From positions 1 through 34,433 of the forward strand of contig JAMOTN010000044.1 of NCBI GenBank assembly GCA_027062325.1: a stretch of DNA of 34,433 bases. The letters are read 5' to 3'. Numbering within the stretch: position 1 is the stretch's first letter; every line of letters starts with the position of its first letter. The DNA comes from a bacterium (GTDB lineage: Bacteria > JAMOTN01). The position numbers and the translations under genes are program-made. The notes under the pieces are model-generated. The model saw only the letters and a list, made by a program, of their open reading frames with translations. It was not told where the DNA came from and did no database searches. Shown in pieces: positions 28,734 to 34,433 of the stretch.

Positions 28734-31700
28734 ATGAGGGAAGAAGCTCTTGTGAAGATGTTTGATGAGTCAAAGCTTGAGGAGAAACTAAAGCTTCTAG
28801 ATAAATATTCATCACGAGATGATGGGTTAGAGCTTTTGTTTAAAGCTGCAGAGGATAAGCATCCGTTAGTAAGAGAGAAGGCAATTCAAGCGCTTGCACG
28901 CTGGACAACTTCACAGGTGAGTGAGTTTTTGTCTAGAAGATTAGATGACAGTAATCACAGGGTTAAGCTTGCTGTGGTAAAGGCGTTGTCTCAAATTGGT
29001 GATGATACAGCGGTTGTTGCTCTCATCAGAGCTTTAGGAGATGAAGCTTTTGATGTTAGGAAAGAAGCTATAGAGGCTTTGGCTAAGATAAAGGATGAAA
29101 GGGCGTTGAAAGATTTAGAAGCGCGATTAGATGTGGCAGAGGCAACGGAAGCTGTTTGCATTTTAAAGGCTATCTCTGAGATAGGTGGCATGGTTGAAGT
29201 ATCTAAAGTGTCGAAATTCTTGAACAATATGCAGGTTTTGGAAAGGTTAATCGATTTTGTTGGTTATTCATATGAGATATTTACAGAAGTTTTAAAGAGG
29301 TTTGATCTTCTCACCGATGAGGCTAAGGCAAAGTTCATAGGTGAATGTGCGCGTGTAGGTTTTGTTCTGCCGCGCGAGATAGAGGAAAAGTTGTTTGAAA
29401 GTGAGCATTATCTTGTGCGTGTAGCAGTTGTTGAATACTTGGCATTGCGTGGAGATTTATCATTTGCAGAGCGCTTTGTGGTGGATGATCACGTCGAAGT
29501 CAGAAAAAAAGTTGCTTACGTTTTAAAAAACTTTGGTGAGATGGCGTTAACTTATTTGAGAAAGCTTATTAAAGATGAGAGCTTCGTAGTTAGGAATGTT
29601 GCGGCGATATCTTTGGCCTCAGTTGCAGGTGATGATGAATTTGTAGAGGATATTGATAGAATAGATAATTTTTCTGTTGATGCTAGAACTGCTGTTGCAA
29701 AGGCTCTGGCTCGGATTGCTACGCAGCGCAGTGTTGAACTTTTAAAGTGCTTGATTAAAGATGGTGCTCCTGTGGTTAGAGCAGAAGCGGTTAAAGCTTT
29801 GGGGCGTATAGGGACTAAAGAGCTGGTTTCAATAATAGTTCAAGCGCTTTCGGATGAATCCAGTCTTGTTAGGTTGGAGGCTGTTAATGCTCTTGCAAAT
29901 ATAGGTTCTCAAGAGGCAATTGTTCAGTTGACGGTTGCTTTGAAGGACAAGAGTGAAGAGGTTAGGGAAAGAGCAGCTCAGATTTTACACAGTTTTGGTA
30001 AGACGACGTTTTACTCGCACCTTGAGTTGTCGCGGCTTTATTTTGAAAGGGAAGAGTGGGAGGTTGCGATTGAAGAGGCTTCTAAGGTTTTGGAGATTGA
30101 ACCTTATAATGTGGAGGCACGTAAAATTATAGGTTTTTCGTGGTATAAGTTAGGTAAGGCTGCTAAAGCTTTTGATTGGTTACTTGAATGTGTGGATAAG
30201 CTAAATGTTGATGAAAAATTGAAATTTGTGGATGTTGCTTTGGAAGTGGGGCGTGTTGAAAAGGCAGCTGATATTCTTGAAGAAGCTTTGAGTACGGATT
30301 ATCGATTAGATGTGTCTATTAAACTTTTAGATGTTTATTTGAAAATGGGAATTCTTGGTAAGGCAAAAGATCTCATAAATACCTTAAAATTGGAAGGAGT
30401 GGATACCTCATATTGGGAGGCTAAGTTGTATTTAGAAGAAGGAAAACTTGATGCAGCTTTAAAGGTTGCAAAAGAGAATGATTATTGGGATGTTATAACT
30501 GAGGTTGCTCTCCGTAAAAGAGACACTGAACAGATAATAAAACTTTTGGAAAAGGATATTCCAGCTTCTGCGTTAGAGAGAATTGCTGAATGGATACTTC
30601 AAAATGATGCGAGAGATTTAATGGAGAGATTTACTAGAGCGGTTATTCCTTCAAATGATGTTTTGAAAAAGTATATGGCAATATTCTACCGCAAGTTAGA
30701 AAAGTTTGTTTACGAGTACAAAATTTTGAAGGAGTTACCATTTGATAATGACAGGCTTTCTTATCTTGCTGTGGAGTTCAGAGAAGTTGGGGAGGTTGTT
30801 CCTGAAGAAGAGTTAAAAGGGAAAATTTTATACAGGTATTTGGCGTGGAAGGGAGATTGGAAGAGATTAGCTTCTTTTGTGGCTAAAAATGATAAGGATA
30901 GTTTTCTATATTATCTAAAAGCCCTTGCTAGAGATTATAACTTTGAAAAGTTAAAAGATGAAGCAAGAGGTGAAGTTGCAGAGTTTGTACTGGCTGTTTA
31001 TACAAATATTTCACAAGCTGCTGAGTTTTTAAGAAGGCAACCTGCATATTGGCGAATTTTGGAGAGAGATGAGAAGATACCAATTTTGTATGTGATGAGT
31101 GAGGAAGATGTAGATGAGTTGCCTATGGATTTTGAGGATGTGTGCTGGTTCAAGTACCTTAAAACTTCTAAGATAGACGATTACCTTGAGGATTTAATGG
31201 CTTATAGACAGCAGGAAAAGAGAATGGTGGATGTGTTGTTTGGAAAGGTTAGTGCAACGATAGAAGATATTGAATGGTTATTGAGATTTGATGCTAAGAC
31301 AGTTGCGGACTGTATTAGTGTGGAAGTGCTTGAAGAGCTAGATGGTGATGAGATTTTAAGTTTTGGACGTTTGGGGGAAGTTGCAACTGTTTTTATGGAT
31401 AAATTAGCATATGCAGCTTGCAATTTGGGACTGTGGGATAAATGTTCGAGTTGGGCGAGAGGGGAATTGAAGCTCAAGGCTTTGTTTGAGCAGAAAAGAT
31501 ATGAGGATGTTGTAAAAGAGGCAGAAAAGTTGTTAGCTGAAGGGACTGAGTTAAGTAGAACTATAAGAGTTTTAGTAGCGCTTTCTTATGCCAAGCTTGG
31601 AAATTGGCATAGGGCGCATTCTCTTATTACGAAGGAAGAAGCGGTGGAAGAAGGTTTAGGAGTTGAATGGGCAGAGTGGGCGTATAGAGTTGGTAAGAAG

Positions 31701-34433
31701 CATTTGGCTCGCGAAGTGTTGGTTGAGTTGAATGAGTGGGAGAGAGTTTATGAACTGGCAAAAAGGGAAGAGGATTGGGAGTTGCTGTATCATGCTCTTG
31801 CTGAGTTGTATAAGGTTAATGATAAATATTCATTAGAATACGAAAAAATTGTTTTCTTTCGTGATGATGAAGAAGCTGCCAAGAAGATTTACCAAAAGAC
31901 TAATGATGAATGGTTGTTAAGGGTAATAAAGGCTGTTAAATATGCAGAGTTTACAGAAGATGAAACAGCAGAGAACCTTAAAGGTGACTCTTTGTGGCAA
32001 AAGGTTTATAACGCTTTAAGAGGAACAAGAGTGGTTCCAGATTTACCTGAGGATGTAAAAAAGAGAGTAGAACTAATAAATATGTGGAGAAATGATGAGT
32101 GTAAACGTTTTGAAAAAGAAGCACTAGCTTGGTTAGAGAGACATCCGTTTGATGAAAGAATTAGATTTCAATTTTTTGCTTGTGTGGGGGAGATAAATTC
32201 GCTTTATAAATACGTAGATATATATGTTCCAGAGGCTGCTGTGGTGATAGCTAGGATGTATATAAAGAAGAAGCGTTGGAAAGATGCAGAAAAACTCCTT
32301 GCACGCTTTAAAGATTACTCAAGTGTGAAAAAACTTTATGCTTATGTACTTTATCAAGAAGGGAAGTTCAACGAGGCACTACGCGTGTTGGATGATATTA
32401 AGGAAGAGGATGATGTGAAGCTTTTGAAGGCTAGAATTTACTACTTGGCAGGTGAATTTGAAAAGGCTAGTAAGTATTATTGTGAACTTTACGGGAAGTT
32501 GACCTCTGCAGAAGTTTACGAACGATGCGGCGATTGGTGGGTGAAAAGCAGCGATTATCTAAGAGCAAAGGAAGCTTATGAAAAAGCATATGCCTTGACT
32601 CCAACTGCTTATTTAGCTGCTAAATTAGGGGGCGTTTACAGGATCCTTGGGGATTTGGAAAAAGCAGCATTTTATTATCGTAAAGGGAAAGATTATCTTT
32701 CTGCTGCAGATTGCTATGTTGAAATGGGAGAACTTGAGGATGCGTTAGAAACATTGATTCCAGAGGTTGAGATGGCTAATCCAGAAGCTGTTGAATTGGC
32801 CTTTAAAATTGCCTCCCAACTTCAAAAATGGGATTTTATTCTGAAATATGAAAACTTCGCTACAACTCCTGCTGCTCAAGTTTATGCTGCTCTTGCCAAT
32901 GTTGAAGCAGCAGATCCCGAAAGGGCTTTGTTATTGATAAAAGATCTCCCAGATTCGGCTGAACTTGATTATTTGAAGGGAAAAGCTCATTTTAAACTGG
33001 GAGAGTGGAAAGAGGCAGTATATCATTTTGAGAGAGCTTATAAAGAATTAGAAGGGGATAACTACTTGAAGTATTTATTTGCAGTGAGCCTTAAGAATTT
33101 TGGGGATTTTGATAGGTCAGAGAAACTATTTGAGGAACTATTGAAGACAGAATTTGATGAGCAGGCTCAGTTAAATTTGGCGCAGATTTGGGAAAAGTTT
33201 GGCAAATGGGATAAGGTCATATTGCTAGATGATGAAAAAGTTTTGAAGTTTAAGGCTAAGGCTCTGTTTAAACTTGGGAAGTTTAAGGAATTTTTGAGTC
33301 TTGTTGAAGGGCGGTTTGAAGATGAATTTATTGAGGAGTTGAAAGAGGTTTATTATCGCTTAGGAAATGTTGAAAAGTTGAAGGAGATTTATTTTAAGAC
33401 TAAGGATTCCAAGTTAGCAGTTAGAATAGCTGAAGTATTGATACGTCTTGAGAGGTACGATGAGGCAGATAGAGTTTTGAAAAGTATTCCAGATGATCCG
33501 TATGTAATGCTGTTGAGAGGAAGAATTGCAAGAAAAAGAGGCAAGATATCGGAAGCTATAAGTTACCTCAGAAAAGCTGAAATGGCAGGAGTTGAGGGAG
33601 TATATTACGAGCTTGGGAAAGTTGCTCTTTTGAGAAAAGATATTAATCAGGCAATAAGTTACTTTGAAAGAAGCTTAGAGGTACACCCTTCTGTAGTTGA
33701 TGCTAAGAAGGAGCTTGGAAAGTTAGTTGGAGGAGAAAAGGGATTTGAGCTGCTGCTTTCTTATTGGAGAGATAGAAAGGATAAGGAAGTTGTGCCTATT
33801 CTTTTGAGTTTAGCTTTAGAGCTTGGAAAAGAGGCTGAGGTGAGGGAAGTAATTGAGTATCACTCTTGGCGTGGAGGATTGTCAAGTAGGATTTATGAGA
33901 GGCTTGGGGAATTTGAAAAGGCTGCAATGTGCCTAAATGATGATGGAGAAGAGGGAGAGAGAAAAGTAGAGCTGCTTTTGAAAGCTGGAAAAGTTGAAGA
34001 GGCAAAAAAATTGGCTTTGGAAAAGGGGATAAAGAGTGGTTGGAAAATAGTGAGGAAAGAGCGGGACTTTGAATTTGCCAAGCTTTTAGACTCTAGGGGA
34101 ATACCATGCGAGGATAAAGAGTTGTATGTTGAGTTTTTAAATTGGAAGGGTGATTATGAAGGAGTGATAAGGTATTGTGAGAAAGAAGGTTTAAAAAATA
34201 GCCAATACTTTGTAAAGGCATTGTTGGAAGTTGGAAGGGGAAAAGAAGCGGTTGAACTTGCAAGGAGGATGGGATACGATAACTTGGCAAAAGATATAGT
34301 GGAGAAGCTAGCAAGAGTGAGTTTGGAGAATAGGATGTGGAAGGAAGCGGTAGATCTTGCAAATAGACTGGAGGGTAAGGATAAATACCTAATATTGTAC
34401 GAAGTTGGTAAAAAAGTGGTAGTGCCAACTTGG
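28734..34433 (+). CDS. Giant HEAT + TPR repeat protein, at least 1900 aa, truncated by the window end
   Basis: SD GGAGGAG, ATG at 28734 (MREEALVKMF). HEAT units run to ~30000 (LIKDGAPVVRAEAVKALGRIG, LSDESSLVRLEAVNALANIG), then TPR units (EEWEVAIEEASKVLEIEPYN; VYYELGKVALLRKDINQAISYFERSLEVHP). The same frame is open in all segments I translated, including the last line. The lack of any closed + ORF in the track implies there is no stop. Confidence 0.9.
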   Translation, partial: MREEALVKMFDESKLEEKLKLLDKYSSRDDGLELLFKAAEDKHPLVREKAIQALARWTTSQVSEFLSRRLDDSNHRVKLAVVKALSQIGDDTAVVALIRALGDEAFDVRKEAIEALAKIKDERALKDLEARLDVAEATEAVCILKAISEIGGMVEVSKVSKFLNNMQVLERLIDFVGYSYEIFTEVLKRFDLLTDEAKAKFIGECARVGFVLPREIEEKLFESEHYLVRVAVVEYLALRGDLSFAERFVVDDHVEVRKKVAYVLKNFGEMALTYLRKLIKDESFVVRNVAAISLASVAGDDEFVEDIDRIDNFSVDARTAVAKALARIATQRSVELLKCLIKDGAPVVRAEAVKALGRIGTKELVSIIVQALSDESSLVRLEAVNALANIGSQEAIVQLTVALKDKSEEVRERAAQILHSFGKTTFYSHLELSRLYFEREEWEVAIEEASKVLEIEPYNVEARKIIGFSWYKLGKAAKAFDWLLECVDKLNVDEKLKFVDVALEVGRVEKAADILEEALSTDYRLDVSIKLLDVYLKMGILGKAKDLINTLKLEGVDTSYWEAKLYLEEGKLDAALKVAKENDYWDVITEVALRKRDTEQIIKLLEKDIPASALERIAEWILQNDARDLMERFTRAVIPSNDVLKKYMAIFYRKLEKFVYEYKILKELPFDNDRLSYLAVEFREVGEVVPEEELKGKILYRYLAWKGDWKRLASFVAKNDKDSFLYYLKALARDYNFEKLKDEARGEVAEFVLAVYTNISQAAEFLRRQPAYWRILERDEKIPILYVMSEEDVDELPMDFEDVCWFKYLKTSKIDDYLEDLMAYRQQEKRMVDVLFGKVSATIEDIEWLLRFDAKTVADCISVEVLEELDGDEILSFGRLGEVATVFMDKLAYAACNLGLWDKCSSWARGELKLKALFEQKRYEDVVKEAEKLLAEGTELSRTIRVLVALSYAKLGNWHRAHSLITKEEAVEEGLGVEWAEWAYRVGKKHLAREVLVELNEWERVYELAKREEDWELLYHALAELYKVNDKYSLEYEKIVFFRDDEEAAKKIYQKTNDEWLLRVIKAVKYAEFTEDETAENLKGDSLWQKVYNALRGTRVVPDLPEDVKKRVELINMWRNDECKRFEKEALAWLERHPFDERIRFQFFACVGEINSLYKYVDIYVPEAAVVIARMYIKKKRWKDAEKLLARFKDYSSVKKLYAYVLYQEGKFNEALRVLDDIKEEDDVKLLKARIYYLAGEFEKASKYYCELYGKLTSAEVYERCGDWWVKSSDYLRAKEAYEKAYALTPTAYLAAKLGGVYRILGDLEKAAFYYRKGKDYLSAADCYVEMGELEDALETLIPEVEMANPEAVELAFKIASQLQKWDFILKYENFATTPAAQVYAALANVEAADPERALLLIKDLPDSAELDYLKGKAHFKLGEWKEAVYHFERAYKELEGDNYLKYLFAVSLKNFGDFDRSEKLFEELLKTEFDEQAQLNLAQIWEKFGKWDKVILLDDEKVLKFKAKALFKLGKFKEFLSLVEGRFEDEFIEELKEVYYRLGNVEKLKEIYFKTKDSKLAVRIAEVLIRLERYDEADRVLKSIPDDPYVMLLRGRIARKRGKISEAISYLRKAEMAGVEGVYYELGKVALLRKDINQAISYFERSLEVHPSVVDAKKELGKLVGGEKGFELLLSYWRDRKDKEVVPILLSLALELGKEAEVREVIEYHSWRGGLSSRIYERLGEFEKAAMCLNDDGEEGERKVELLLKAGKVEEAKKLALEKGIKSGWKIVRKERDFEFAKLLDSRGIPCEDKELYVEFLNWKGDYEGVIRYCEKEGLKNSQYFVKALLEVGRGKEAVELARRMGYDNLAKDIVEKLARVSLENRMWKEAVDLANRLEGKDKYLILYEVGKKVVVPTW

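Overview
A 34.4 kb chromosomal window from a low-GC bacterium. It is probably thermophilic, an inference from the E/K/V/I-rich proteins. Almost all genes lie on the G-rich + strand. In order: two tandem archaeal-type (ATPase_2-like) P-loop ATPases with near-identical 5' halves and divergent 3' ends; a rearranged heat-shock cluster (degenerate CIRCE, groES, groEL, divergent hrcA, grpE, an inverted MCP where dnaK usually sits, dnaJ); four tRNAs around tadA, including its substrate tRNA-Arg(ACG); dxs, tlyA, a HEAT protein, cheR and cheY; an orphan PilX-like protein; a PPC/DUF296 protein; a split transketolase; an aminotransferase; a HutP-family protein lacking the known His ligands; an orphan MalK/MsmX ATPase; a secreted hypothetical protein; acpS; nnr; and a second HEAT protein. 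The window ends in a giant HEAT+TPR ORF of at least 1900 aa that the ORF track misses because it runs off the end. I saw no CRISPR array, transposase, integrase or rRNA. The best novelty candidates are the constant-N/variable-C ATPase pair, the giant alpha-solenoid locus, the His-less HutP, a candidate structured sRNA after grpE, and a recurring intergenic 12-mer (TTGTTGTGCTTA). All assignments come from motif recognition by eye, with no database searches.
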